A stretch of DNA of 64,000 nucleotides from Turneriella sp. (GTDB taxonomy: Bacteria > Spirochaetota > Leptospiria > Turneriellales > Turneriellaceae): positions 2,688,001-2,752,000 of the forward strand of contig CBDIID010000003.1 in the NCBI GenBank assembly GCA_965279515.1. Reading direction: 5' to 3'. Positions 1 to 9,562 of this stretch are shown here, in pieces. The notes under the pieces were generated by a model, which was not told the DNA's origin, did no database searches, and was given only the letters and a program-made list of their open reading frames with translations. Position 1 is the stretch's first letter. The number at the start of each line of letters is the position of its first letter. A program made the translations under genes and the position numbers.

Positions 1-172
1 AGTAATTTTCCATTTGTGTTTTGCCGCGCTCGTCGAAGGTCTTATATTGCGGCGCGGCGGCGAGAGCCGTCGTAAAAGGCATGATGCCGAAAAGATAAAC
101 AAATACAAAGGTTAGCAGGAAAGACGTAAAACGGAAAAAACTCTCTCCATTCTGGCTACTACGGGAAAACAT
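1..172 (-). CDS. 5' part of a secreted protein running off the window start (MFSRSSQNGESFFRFTSFLLTFVFVYLFGIMPFTTALAAAPQYKTF...)
   Basis: Manual translation: ATG at 172-170, preceded by AGGAGG with a 5-nt spacer. Hydrophobic stretch followed by an ALA-A signal-peptide-like site. No stop before position 1. Confidence 0.75.
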   Translation of the reverse strand, partial: MFSRSSQNGESFFRFTSFLLTFVFVYLFGIMPFTTALAAAPQYKTFDERGKTQMENY

Positions 173-386
173 AAAAGCCTCCTGCTCTTAATATAGACCG
201 GGCATGACAGCAGAGCCTAAACTCGCCGTCAGCAAAAAAACGGTTTTCAGAGACATTAGCCCAGAGCCGACTCTTGTCTATTTTAGTATTGACTATTTAA
301 TTTTGAATATGAATGCAATTTTTTGCAAAAAAGATGCGACATAACCCAAAGAAAGGAGAAAGCCTCTCTGGTAAAAACATACAGCA

Positions 387-1652
387 TTATTGCTTTTTCT
401 GAATCACAGGCGGCTCTTTTGCCTTCTGTTCCTGCTCCTTTTTCTGGCGTTCTGCCTTTTCTTTCTCACCTTTTTTCTGCGATTCGGTTAAATCGGTTTC
501 GATTTTGGTGAGAATGCCCAGCAGGCGCGGATAGAGATCTGCGGTAATATATCCCGCGTTGTACTGGCTGACGACCAAAGTGTCGAGCGGTCGCACCAGC
601 TGATTCTCAAACTGGAATGCCGGCTGCGGAGCGGCTTTGACTCCCGGCGGAAAAAAAGCGAACTCTGAAATCAGTGTGTCCTGCTTGTCGGTCTTTTTGA
701 CCTTCACGGCGCCCGTGAGTCCCGGCAAGGCCTTGGCATCAATACCAGCCGCGCGTATCGCTTCGGCAATCGGCTGCCCGGCATCGACCGCAAACGGCGC
801 GTTGACGCGCAGCGCATTGAACAGCTGCGCAAACTCGGCGGCATGCGAAGGTTTGATGGAAAGCATTCCGTCCACATGCCAGACATTGATCTTAGTTTTA
901 CCTTCGTCTTTGATGAGCATGCGCAGCTTCATCAGGCCGCCGGTTTTTTCGCGCAACAGGGGAAATTTCTTCAGAATCTCGGGTTCAATTTTTGTTTCGA
1001 TCAGGTCGGCGCCCTCTGACCCGTGGGGGTACAGCGATTGCTCACGCTGCGCAAAAATATTATTCAATATGCGGCGCACGGTGAAATCCGGCGTGATGAG
1101 CAACTTGTCTTTTTCGATATCGAGCAGGTAACGGCGGCTATCCCCCTGGCTCGAAGTACCGATACAGAATTGTTTCTTACCCGAACGGAATGTGGCGGTG
1201 AGTTTATTCGGGCAATCCTTGATGCCGTATTCAGCGTCGCGCCCGGGTTCATGCTTCAGTACATAATAGAAATCAGGCTCCGACCAATCCTGCACGATTG
1301 TTTTTACCAGCGCACCCGCATAAAAACCTTTGAGGTTTTTTAGTTCAGCCACACGTTTAGCCAACGCGCTATCTGTTGCGCTCAGATTTTTCACCTCAAC
1401 GCGGTAAAGAGATTCTTTGGGCTTCAGGATATTGTCTTCGCGCCGAATGGCATATTCGATGCGCGCTTTGGTTTTGTCGCCCAAAGACATTTCGCCCGAA
1501 TATTCGATGCTCTCTAATTGGGCCTGCGGAATCGAATAATACTTCTGCATCTCCCCCGCCTTTTTGGTCTCAGGCCAGAAAAGCGCGGCGATGAGCAGAA
1601 TAGCCGCCGCCGTAAAGAGCAGTGGAATACGGTTTCTCAGGATAACATTCAT
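387..1652 (-). CDS. Membrane-anchored hypothetical protein (possibly DUF4340-like)
   Basis: 421-aa ORF, N-terminal TM helix, charged C-terminal tail, ATGA overlap with the upstream PBP gene. Confidence 0.6.
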   Translation of the reverse strand: MNVILRNRIPLLFTAAAILLIAALFWPETKKAGEMQKYYSIPQAQLESIEYSGEMSLGDKTKARIEYAIRREDNILKPKESLYRVEVKNLSATDSALAKRVAELKNLKGFYAGALVKTIVQDWSEPDFYYVLKHEPGRDAEYGIKDCPNKLTATFRSGKKQFCIGTSSQGDSRRYLLDIEKDKLLITPDFTVRRILNNIFAQREQSLYPHGSEGADLIETKIEPEILKKFPLLREKTGGLMKLRMLIKDEGKTKINVWHVDGMLSIKPSHAAEFAQLFNALRVNAPFAVDAGQPIAEAIRAAGIDAKALPGLTGAVKVKKTDKQDTLISEFAFFPPGVKAAPQPAFQFENQLVRPLDTLVVSQYNAGYITADLYPRLLGILTKIETDLTESQKKGEKEKAERQKKEQEQKAKEPPVIQKKQ

Positions 1653-3958
1653 GGTTTCGTTTCTCCAGTGGGAGGTTTATCGGTACCCGGGACGGGCGGC
1701 GCGGTTTCCGGAGGTTTCGCACCGGGATCGACGGGTGGCGTGGGGGGCTGGGGTGTTTCCTGCGGAGAGCCCGATGGATCAAACTCGGTCGGTTCGGTAC
1801 CTTTAATAAAAGGCTGATCCTGTACCTCGTCTTCGCAGGCACCAGGAAAGCGCGAGATAAGACCCGTTGCAGGGCAAAAAGACTTACGCACGATTTGATC
1901 CTGATCGAAAACTTCGGCGAAGGGCCGCGGCTTGTCGGCCAAACGCGTCGAGCGGATATAATCGGCAAAACGCGGTGCGCAGAGACCGCTACCCGAACGC
2001 CCGGCGCCGAGTGTGGTGTTCGCGTCGTTACCGACCCACATCACCGTCGCTTCGTCCGAGACGAGCCCCACAAACCAGGCATCGACATATTTTGAAGTCG
2101 TACCGGTTTTACCGGCGACATCAAACATGAGCTTGCCTTCAGAATTGCGCAGCACTTTCATCGCCGGTTGCGCGGTACCGCCGCCGTCGACAACCGCCTG
2201 CATCATCGTCAGCGTCACATACGCCGCAGCGGGATCCATCACCTGGTGCGGCGGCGGCGGCTCGGGGGCTTCCCAAATCTGCCGGCCCTGGCTGTCTTCG
2301 ATGCGCAAGAGATCGCGCGGCTCGACGCGCTTGCCCTGATTGATCATCGCCGCATACATCTGCGTCAGCTGAATCGGCGTGAATGAGGATGACCCCAGTG
2401 CCACGCCCAATTCCCGCGGGATTTTCTTTTCCACATCTTTGTAAGGCATCTGCAACGTTTCATGGAACAGGCTGCGCAGATCGTCGAAATCGAGTTTCTG
2501 CAACACGCGTATTGCCGTCGGGTTGCGGCTGAGTTTCAGCGCATCGCGCAGCGTCATCTTGCCCATGAATTTGCCGTCGTAATTCTGGTAATCCTGCAGA
2601 GGTGAATCGTCGACCATCGAAGCCGGCGTCATGATCTGCTTCGCGAGCGCCATATAATAGATAATCGGTTTGATCGTCGAACCGATCTGTCGGTCGGCCT
2701 TGAGCGCCCGGTTAAACTGGTTCTGTGCTGAGAATTCGGCGCCACCCACCATCGCCAACATGTAACCGGTTTTGGGCTCGAGACTGATGAAGGCGGCATT
2801 GGTTGTCGCCAGAGCCTTTTCGAGTTCCTGAATCTTTGCGGCATTCCCCTTCTTCTTCGCAGCCGTGATCAGCTTTTCATAGTGAGCCTTCTGCAGCTCT
2901 ACAGCGGCCTTCACAGCCTTCTGCGCCGCAATCTGGCGGTTCAGGTCGAGTGTGGTGTAGATACGCAGCCCAGAGCGAGTCAGCGCCTCTTGCGAGAACG
3001 TCGTCATGAGCTTTTGCCGCAGGTAATCCAGAAAAAACGGCGCATAATTTCTACCGGTGAGGCGATCGGGAAAATCACCGATGCCCGATTGTTTGCTGTC
3101 TTTGCCGGCGATACGCCAGCTACGGAAGAATTTTGTCTTCTCTGTTTTGGCCTTTTCTTCGGTAATCTTATTCACCGCCACAAGGCTCGCGAGCACGTTA
3201 TGCTGGCGTTCGAGAAAGCGGGGTAAGTCAGTCACCGGCGAGAAAGCTTTGGGGTTGGGGATAATCCCCACCAACGCAGAGGCTTCACCCATCGTCAGGT
3301 TGTTCGCCGATTTGTTAAAGTAGAATTGCGCCGCGGTTTCGAGGCCGTAGATGCCGTGCCCCATGTAGATGAGGTTGAGGTACATCTCGAGGATTTCTTT
3401 TTTGCTGTACTTCGCCTCGATCGCGCGCGCGCAGAAGAATTCGAACAGCTTACGGTCGAGTGTCTTCTCCTGGTTGGTAAAAAGAACCTTGGCGAGCTGC
3501 TGCGTCAGCGTCGAGCCGCCCTGCGCGAGACGAAAACGGATGAGGTTGCGGAAAAACGCGCGGAAGATGCCGCCATAGTCGATGCCATGGTGTTCGTAAA
3601 ACTTTCGGTCCTCGCTGGCAATGAGCGCGTCGATGAGCTGCGGGGGAAAATCCTCGATGTTGAGCAAACTGCGCCGTTCGGTGTAAAACTCACCGATGAG
3701 TTTGTTGTTGCGGTCAAAGACCTTGGACGGAATCGCCACCGCACCCGGCTCAATCGAGGCAACGGTATCGCGCTCGATGGCTCCCGTTCGCAGGCGGTCG
3801 AGCTGCTGCTTGTAGAGCGTCAGCTTCTGCATCACGGCGGTCTCTTCGTCGCTCCAGCGGTTGTAGGCGAGAAAAACGCGTACACCGAAATAGCCAGCGA
3901 TAATCAGCAGATAGATCAGAATCTTTCCGCGGAAAAAGATATTATAGAATTTTCTCAT
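1649..3958 (-). CDS. Class A penicillin-binding protein (PBP1A family, transglycosylase-transpeptidase)
   Basis: GT51 motifs EDRKFYEHHG and QGGSTLTQQLAK; transpeptidase motifs STIK (SxxK), SRN (SxN) and KTG; Pro-rich tail. Confidence 0.95.
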   Translation of the reverse strand: MRKFYNIFFRGKILIYLLIIAGYFGVRVFLAYNRWSDEETAVMQKLTLYKQQLDRLRTGAIERDTVASIEPGAVAIPSKVFDRNNKLIGEFYTERRSLLNIEDFPPQLIDALIASEDRKFYEHHGIDYGGIFRAFFRNLIRFRLAQGGSTLTQQLAKVLFTNQEKTLDRKLFEFFCARAIEAKYSKKEILEMYLNLIYMGHGIYGLETAAQFYFNKSANNLTMGEASALVGIIPNPKAFSPVTDLPRFLERQHNVLASLVAVNKITEEKAKTEKTKFFRSWRIAGKDSKQSGIGDFPDRLTGRNYAPFFLDYLRQKLMTTFSQEALTRSGLRIYTTLDLNRQIAAQKAVKAAVELQKAHYEKLITAAKKKGNAAKIQELEKALATTNAAFISLEPKTGYMLAMVGGAEFSAQNQFNRALKADRQIGSTIKPIIYYMALAKQIMTPASMVDDSPLQDYQNYDGKFMGKMTLRDALKLSRNPTAIRVLQKLDFDDLRSLFHETLQMPYKDVEKKIPRELGVALGSSSFTPIQLTQMYAAMINQGKRVEPRDLLRIEDSQGRQIWEAPEPPPPHQVMDPAAAYVTLTMMQAVVDGGGTAQPAMKVLRNSEGKLMFDVAGKTGTTSKYVDAWFVGLVSDEATVMWVGNDANTTLGAGRSGSGLCAPRFADYIRSTRLADKPRPFAEVFDQDQIVRKSFCPATGLISRFPGACEDEVQDQPFIKGTEPTEFDPSGSPQETPQPPTPPVDPGAKPPETAPPVPGTDKPPTGETKP

Positions 3959-4049
3959 AAGGGGTTAGACGCCGCCCCCAGGGAAAAGGATCGTATGGGC
4001 ACACGTCACCCTTGAGGGTGAAAATGCACAGAAAAGAAGATTTAGTAAA

Positions 4050-4361
4050 TCAGCCCTTGATGGCTGTAACTTGGAGCTTGTGGTAAGACTGGCGGTGGCC
4101 CCACTTGCGGTGGTTGTGCTTCTTTGTGCGGTAGAAAACACCGACGATTTTCGGGCCTTTGACTTCTTCGAGAACCTTAGCTGTTACCGAGGCGCCTGAA
4201 ACAAAGGGCTGGCCGACTTTGACCTGGCCATTGTTATTGACAGAGAGTACTTCGCTGATGTTCAGATCTTTACCGGGTTCGGTGCCTGTCAGCTCTGCGA
4301 AGAAAATAGTGTCTTGGGCAACACGGTACTGTTTACTGCCCACTTTGATAACGGCCTGCAT
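4050..4361 (-). CDS. rplU: 50S ribosomal protein L21
   Basis: MQAVIKVGSKQYRV...GQPFVSGASVTAKV...KWGHRQ; start placed at the ATG at 4361. Confidence 0.95.
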   Translation of the reverse strand: MQAVIKVGSKQYRVAQDTIFFAELTGTEPGKDLNISEVLSVNNNGQVKVGQPFVSGASVTAKVLEEVKGPKIVGVFYRTKKHNHRKWGHRQSYHKLQVTAIKG

Positions 4362-4446
4362 CGGCGACAGGGCCGGTGATCGAGACAAGGGGTCAATCCT
4401 TTGTGGGATTTATCAACCTCCTCAATAACGGCGCCGATATTAGACT

Positions 4447-6006
4447 ATGGTTCGACTCCGCACTGAAGACAGAGACCCGAAGCGGGTCACACCACAGGTG
4501 ACCCTCTTCCTTTTTCTGGGGGTTTTCACGGCTTTTTCGGCCATCGCCTGCGCGGGCCGGCAGATCCGGAACGACCTGGAACTCGAAGAGGCCGCCCGGC
4601 GCGCCGCCGCCGGTGAAGAGCGCGGCTGGCAATCCCTCGAAAATACCATCCGCAGCAAAGACGACGAGCCGGATGTCGAAATGCAGAAACGCGCCCTCGC
4701 CGAGGTGGGCAAGATCCAGTCGCCGCGCGGCATGCCGGTACTTATAGAAAACCTCACCAACCGCTTTCTGCGTGGCGAGGCGGCTGCCGGCCTCATACAC
4801 CAGCGCAACGACACCAATAAGGCCGAGATCGATGGCCTGATCGTCGACGCCGCAGCGAAGAATGCGCGCGAATTCAGCGGTCTGACGCGTGAGGAGATCA
4901 AAGCGCTGGGCGAAACGGATAATCCCCATGCGGTTCGGCTATTGAAGCAGCAGATTGGCCGCGACCCAAATAAGGACGAAATGACTGTCGAATCCCTAGG
5001 CAAAATTCTGAAACGCAAAAGTACATCCTACTATCACCCGTTCGACTTCACGTTGCCCTTGGGGCAGGCCCCTGCTGCCGCCGTGCCCGAGGCGGCACCA
5101 GCGGCCGGTAAACTCAATGTCGAATCCATCATGTCATCCGATGGCAAGGAAGCTGCAGCGGAAGAGACTGCACCGGCCGAAGGTGACAGTGATCCCGAGC
5201 AAGTTCTCATTAACTACCTTGCCGGCGATGGTTCGACGGACGTCAAAGACCGCGCGGTGCAGAGCATTGCCGAGGCTCATCCGCCAGGCGTGCCTTACCT
5301 TTTGGCTCTCGCCGGCCGACGCGGTATTTCGGCCAAGTCGCGCATCGCCGTCATCGACTACCTGACGCGCCTCGCCGTGAACACGCAAGATAAATCGATG
5401 ATCCATAAATTTATCAATCTGCGTGCCCGGGCCGGCAATGCGCAGGTAGTCGCCTCCATCAATCTCTCGCTGCGTGTTTTAGGAAGTGCCTTTGGCCGGG
5501 CTGTGGGTGGCACTGGTGGCCGCGTCTACCGCGCCGTACCTTCGGACGGGTATGAACCTCTGCCGAAAGAAACCGATGTTGTTTCACTGATCCAAAAACC
5601 TTATCCGGGTTATTCCGGGGCGGATGTCAAAACGAACCTGAAAAAGGCGCTTACCTACTACCACCTCGATAAGAAACTCGCCGAGCGTATGCAGGGGCGT
5701 GTCAGCGATCTCTTGAATCAACCACAGAATAAGGAATCTCCCGAACGCAACCTGATTTTCACGGCGCTCGGCCGACTCTATCCCGATCGCGATTTTTATG
5801 TACTGAAGAAACAGGGGCAGGATGCCTTCGGTAAACCGGGCTATTTTACGACGACATTGCGGCTCGTGACACAATCTGCGCGCGGGCGTTCGTGGCAGAT
5901 CGCGGCGTTGCAGCGCCTGTGGGGGCTCACGTATAATGAGGCGGATCTCATCCGCCAGATCTATCTGCGCGACGGCAAACTGTTACAGCAGCGCATGCGG
6001 TTGTGA
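4447..6006 (+). CDS. HEAT-repeat-like probable lipoprotein
   Basis: 519 aa, hydrophobic N-terminus ending AIAC, helical repeats such as IKALGETDNPHAVRLL. Confidence 0.6.
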   Translation: MVRLRTEDRDPKRVTPQVTLFLFLGVFTAFSAIACAGRQIRNDLELEEAARRAAAGEERGWQSLENTIRSKDDEPDVEMQKRALAEVGKIQSPRGMPVLIENLTNRFLRGEAAAGLIHQRNDTNKAEIDGLIVDAAAKNAREFSGLTREEIKALGETDNPHAVRLLKQQIGRDPNKDEMTVESLGKILKRKSTSYYHPFDFTLPLGQAPAAAVPEAAPAAGKLNVESIMSSDGKEAAAEETAPAEGDSDPEQVLINYLAGDGSTDVKDRAVQSIAEAHPPGVPYLLALAGRRGISAKSRIAVIDYLTRLAVNTQDKSMIHKFINLRARAGNAQVVASINLSLRVLGSAFGRAVGGTGGRVYRAVPSDGYEPLPKETDVVSLIQKPYPGYSGADVKTNLKKALTYYHLDKKLAERMQGRVSDLLNQPQNKESPERNLIFTALGRLYPDRDFYVLKKQGQDAFGKPGYFTTTLRLVTQSARGRSWQIAALQRLWGLTYNEADLIRQIYLRDGKLLQQRMRL

Positions 6007-6872
6007 GACTCCGCCACGAACTTCTCCTCATCTTTGCCATGGTCATCTGGGCCGGCTCATGGACATCGGGCAAACTCATTGCGAATGCTGCTGACCCCAA
6101 ACTGACACAATTCTGGCGGTTTGTCTTTTCTGCGGCCAGCATTGCCCCGCTGATTCCCTTCATCGGTGAAAGCTTCAGGGTATCGCTGCGCGACTTGTTG
6201 TGGGCCGCGCTTGGGGCATTGGTCATCACCGTCTACACGTTTATGTTCTTTATTGGCCTGAAAACAGGTTATGCCGGTGCGGCTGGTGTACTTGTTACGT
6301 CGATGAATCCGATCTTTACCTATGCCCTGACGCGGTTTCTTCTGCGTCACCCGCTGACACGGCGCGATGCCATAGGGCTTTTTCTCGGTGCTATCGGCGG
6401 CGCCATACTGCTCGAGTTCTGGAATACCTCGGCAGAAAAGTTACTACTCGGGGGTAACCTGCTGTTTTTGGGCGCCGCCATGGTCTATGCCTTTGTCACC
6501 ATGACGACGAACGCAGCCACGAAAAAGACCTCGATCATTGTCTATTCATTCTACGTAAATCTTTTCGGCGCCTTGTTCCTGATACCCTTTATCGGCCGCG
6601 ATATTTTGCAAACTCCGCCTGTGGGAAATAAGAGCTATTGGTTTAATATTATCTACCTGGGAATTATCTCGAATGCATTTGCCACGACGGTCTATTTTTT
6701 TGCCGTGAAAGAGTTAGGTTCGGCACGTGCCAGCTCGTATGTATTTATCGTACCGGCGACGGCGCTGGCGATGGCGGCGTGGTATCTGGGTGAAGCTGTT
6801 CGACCCGCTACGGTAGTCGGTGGATTGATTGCTTTGGTCGCGGTAACAATTCTGAGGGGGAGGAAGAATTAG
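6003..6872 (+). CDS. DMT/EamA family transporter
   Basis: ~10 TM segments, IWAGSW, LVTSMNPIF and LGEAV...GG motifs. Confidence 0.9.
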   Translation: MRLRHELLLIFAMVIWAGSWTSGKLIANAADPKLTQFWRFVFSAASIAPLIPFIGESFRVSLRDLLWAALGALVITVYTFMFFIGLKTGYAGAAGVLVTSMNPIFTYALTRFLLRHPLTRRDAIGLFLGAIGGAILLEFWNTSAEKLLLGGNLLFLGAAMVYAFVTMTTNAATKKTSIIVYSFYVNLFGALFLIPFIGRDILQTPPVGNKSYWFNIIYLGIISNAFATTVYFFAVKELGSARASSYVFIVPATALAMAAWYLGEAVRPATVVGGLIALVAVTILRGRKN

Positions 6873-6884
6873 CGCCGGGGTGGG

Positions 6885-7394
6885 CTACTCTTTATCCTGG
6901 TCCATCAGCTGCTTAATCGTCTCAGCCATGACTTCGGGTTGGTTCTTGAACTTTACGCCGTTAACAACAATCTCTTCTTTGCCGATCTGAACGCCTGTCT
7001 TGCGCGGAATATTGCTGGTCATGCCGCCCGCGCCACCCTGGCCCTGGTCGTAAGCATCGAGCGACGACTCACCCTCAGAAGCCAAATATTCACCGGCACC
7101 CTCAGCGCCGGCATCATCGGGCGTATCGCCACCCACGCCGGCGTCGGTCATCATCTCGCCGGTAACCTCGGGATTATTCTCGATGACTTCGATCGCTTCG
7201 GGAACCTTTTTGGCGAGCAGCGCATAGATGATACTGCCCAGCACGAACATCAAAAGGCCGCTGACAATCGGCCGCACGATAATCGCTGTCACACCGCTCG
7301 CCGACATAATAGTGAAGATGAGTGCGATCAGCACTCCCAATACAGCGAGCAGAATACTGAGCTTAAGGTGCGCCGCCGTGAAGAACGCGGGCAT
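6885..7394 (-). CDS. Two-TM membrane protein with acidic tail, last gene of the flagellar operon
   Basis: Starts 2 nt after the flhG stop; two TM helices and a D/E/G-rich C-terminus. Confidence 0.7.
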   Translation of the reverse strand: MPAFFTAAHLKLSILLAVLGVLIALIFTIMSASGVTAIIVRPIVSGLLMFVLGSIIYALLAKKVPEAIEVIENNPEVTGEMMTDAGVGGDTPDDAGAEGAGEYLASEGESSLDAYDQGQGGAGGMTSNIPRKTGVQIGKEEIVVNGVKFKNQPEVMAETIKQLMDQDKE

Positions 7395-7396
7395 AA

Positions 7397-8251
7397 TTAG
7401 GAAGAAGGTGTGAAGATTTTCCGGAAGAATGCGCCGACGCCGGATTCACTGCGGCGTGGCAGTTCTTGTTCGAGAATGCGCGATGCCACGATGTCGAGGC
7501 ACGACGCGGCTTTCGAGCCTGGAAAAAGCAGGTAGAACGGCTTCTGCCGCCGGATCGACTTCGGCACACATTCGTCGTCGTAGATAAATCCCAGGTTTTC
7601 GACGCGCACGTTTAAGAACTGGCTCGAGATATTAATAACGCGTTCGGCGACTTTTTTGCCTTCGAGCGATGAACCGGCGCGGTTGACGAGCAACTTGAGG
7701 TTTTTGTCGGGCGCCACGAGTACAATGGATTTAATGATGCCATACGCGTCCGTGATGGCGGTGGGTTCCGGGGTCGTCACCACGATGACTTTGTCCGCCG
7801 GCAGGGTAAATCCGACGACGTTGGATGACACACCGGCACCGGTATCGATCAGCATAATGTCATAGCCCGACAGTTTTTCAAATGCCGCAACGAGATTCGA
7901 GCGCTCTTTGTCAGAAAGATTCGCGAGCATGCTGTAACCCGATGCGCCGGCGATAATATCGAGGCCTTCGGGGGTACGGATGATAATGTCTTCGAGCTCT
8001 TTATGGCCCTTGATGACATGGTAGAGGTTGAATTTGGGTACCACACCCAAAAGCACGTTGACGTTGGCGAGGCCGAGGTCGGCGTCAAACAGCAACACCT
8101 TCTTGCCGGCAGCGGCCAGCGAGAGGCCGAGGTTGACGGAGATGGTCGATTTGCCCACACCGCCTTTGCCACTCGTGAGAGTGATAATCTGCGTGGCGGT
8201 ACCGGGCTCGGTTTTACCTACCATCTGACGTAAGGTGCTGGCCTGGTCCAT
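7397..8251 (-). CDS. flhG: Flagellar number regulator FlhG (MinD-like ATPase)
   Basis: N-terminal MDQASTLR, deviant Walker [18 protein letters not shown], located directly after flhF. Confidence 0.93.
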   Translation of the reverse strand: MDQASTLRQMVGKTEPGTATQIITLTSGKGGVGKSTISVNLGLSLAAAGKKVLLFDADLGLANVNVLLGVVPKFNLYHVIKGHKELEDIIIRTPEGLDIIAGASGYSMLANLSDKERSNLVAAFEKLSGYDIMLIDTGAGVSSNVVGFTLPADKVIVVTTPEPTAITDAYGIIKSIVLVAPDKNLKLLVNRAGSSLEGKKVAERVINISSQFLNVRVENLGFIYDDECVPKSIRRQKPFYLLFPGSKAASCLDIVASRILEQELPRRSESGVGAFFRKIFTPSS

Positions 8252-8263
8252 TTAGTCTCTTTA

Positions 8264-9562
8264 TTAGTTTCGTGCAGAAGTATCGTTTTCATCAAGCCAT
8301 TTTTTTAATAACGCGTCGGCGATGATCATCCGGTCGGCGTCGAGCCAGTCCTTGGCGACATCCTGGCCATTGGTGAGCAGCGAAAACGGCTTATGCCAGG
8401 TATCGGCCATTTCAACGATCGGCGCGAAACTGAAGCTTTCATCGATCTTGCTGATAATGACCTTGGCATACTCAAACAGCTCAAAACGGTCAAAAAGCAG
8501 GCGGGCATCTTCGAGCCGTGTCGTTGCAGGCACGACCAGGTGCGTTTCGATTTCATGCTGCGCCGTAATTCCGTCAAAGAACAGCTTCTGGCGGTTCAGA
8601 AATTCGCGGTTCGCCGGGCTTGATCCGCTGGTATCGATCAGGATAAACTCGGCGCTCGAGTCGTCGATCGTGCCTTTGAGCTCTTCGGGTGTGCGGCAGA
8701 CACGGCAGGGGATGTCCATGATGCGCGCATAGACCTTGAGCTGCTCGGTTGCTGCAATGCGGTAGTTGTCGATCGTGATGAGCTCGACGCGGCGCTTTTG
8801 TGTGACGCTGAGCCGCGCAGCGAGTTTCACCAGCGTCGTGGTTTTGCCCGCGCCGGTCGGCCCGACGAGGGTGATGATGCGCTGTGAGGCCGTTGTGGTG
8901 GTGCGCACGTGCTCACCTAAAACCTCGCGGGCCTTCGCGTGAATCTTGCGGCGCAGTTTGTAGTCTGTCGAGGGGATGCCCGCACGTGTGCGCATCGCGA
9001 TACTCTCTGAAAAATCATGGCTGAAACCGATCGCGACGCAGTGCTCGTAGAGTGACATTAGCTCGCGCTCTTTGACGAGGTCCAGGTCGGGGCCGCCCTT
9101 GCTCTTGAGCGTCGCCTTAAGTTCAGCGACCTCGGCCTCAAGCTTGCGGATCTGTTCGGTTGAGGGCGGTTGAATGCTGATGGGCAGCATTTCTTTTCTC
9201 AGCGAAGGCTGAATCTCACGCGTCAGCTGCTGGCCCCGCATTCCGAGAGGATGGATCTCGTCGGCACCGACCATTGCGTCAGGCGCGGGTTTCTTATTCA
9301 GCGATGTGCGGTTGAGCATCTCTTCGAGCAACTTCAGTTTGTTGTCGATGGTCTCATCTTTCTTCTTCGGCTGGGTTTTATTCTTTTCGAGAATCGCACC
9401 GTGGATCTCCCAGCGTGTGGCGCGGGTGATCTTACCCCAGACCGATTTGACCGGTACTTCGCGCTGTTGCGAAATCAACACTTCGGGTCCGCTGCCATAC
9501 TTGCTGCGGACCTTAGCCAATACCTCGGCATGTGTATCGCCTTGCTCCGTAAAATACTGCAT
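8264..9562 (-). CDS. flhF: Flagellar biosynthesis SRP-type GTPase FlhF
   Basis: GPTGAGKTTT, DNYRIAATEQL, KIDE and NGQDV motifs; lies between flhA and flhG. Confidence 0.92.
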   Translation of the reverse strand: MQYFTEQGDTHAEVLAKVRSKYGSGPEVLISQQREVPVKSVWGKITRATRWEIHGAILEKNKTQPKKKDETIDNKLKLLEEMLNRTSLNKKPAPDAMVGADEIHPLGMRGQQLTREIQPSLRKEMLPISIQPPSTEQIRKLEAEVAELKATLKSKGGPDLDLVKERELMSLYEHCVAIGFSHDFSESIAMRTRAGIPSTDYKLRRKIHAKAREVLGEHVRTTTTASQRIITLVGPTGAGKTTTLVKLAARLSVTQKRRVELITIDNYRIAATEQLKVYARIMDIPCRVCRTPEELKGTIDDSSAEFILIDTSGSSPANREFLNRQKLFFDGITAQHEIETHLVVPATTRLEDARLLFDRFELFEYAKVIISKIDESFSFAPIVEMADTWHKPFSLLTNGQDVAKDWLDADRMIIADALLKKWLDENDTSARN

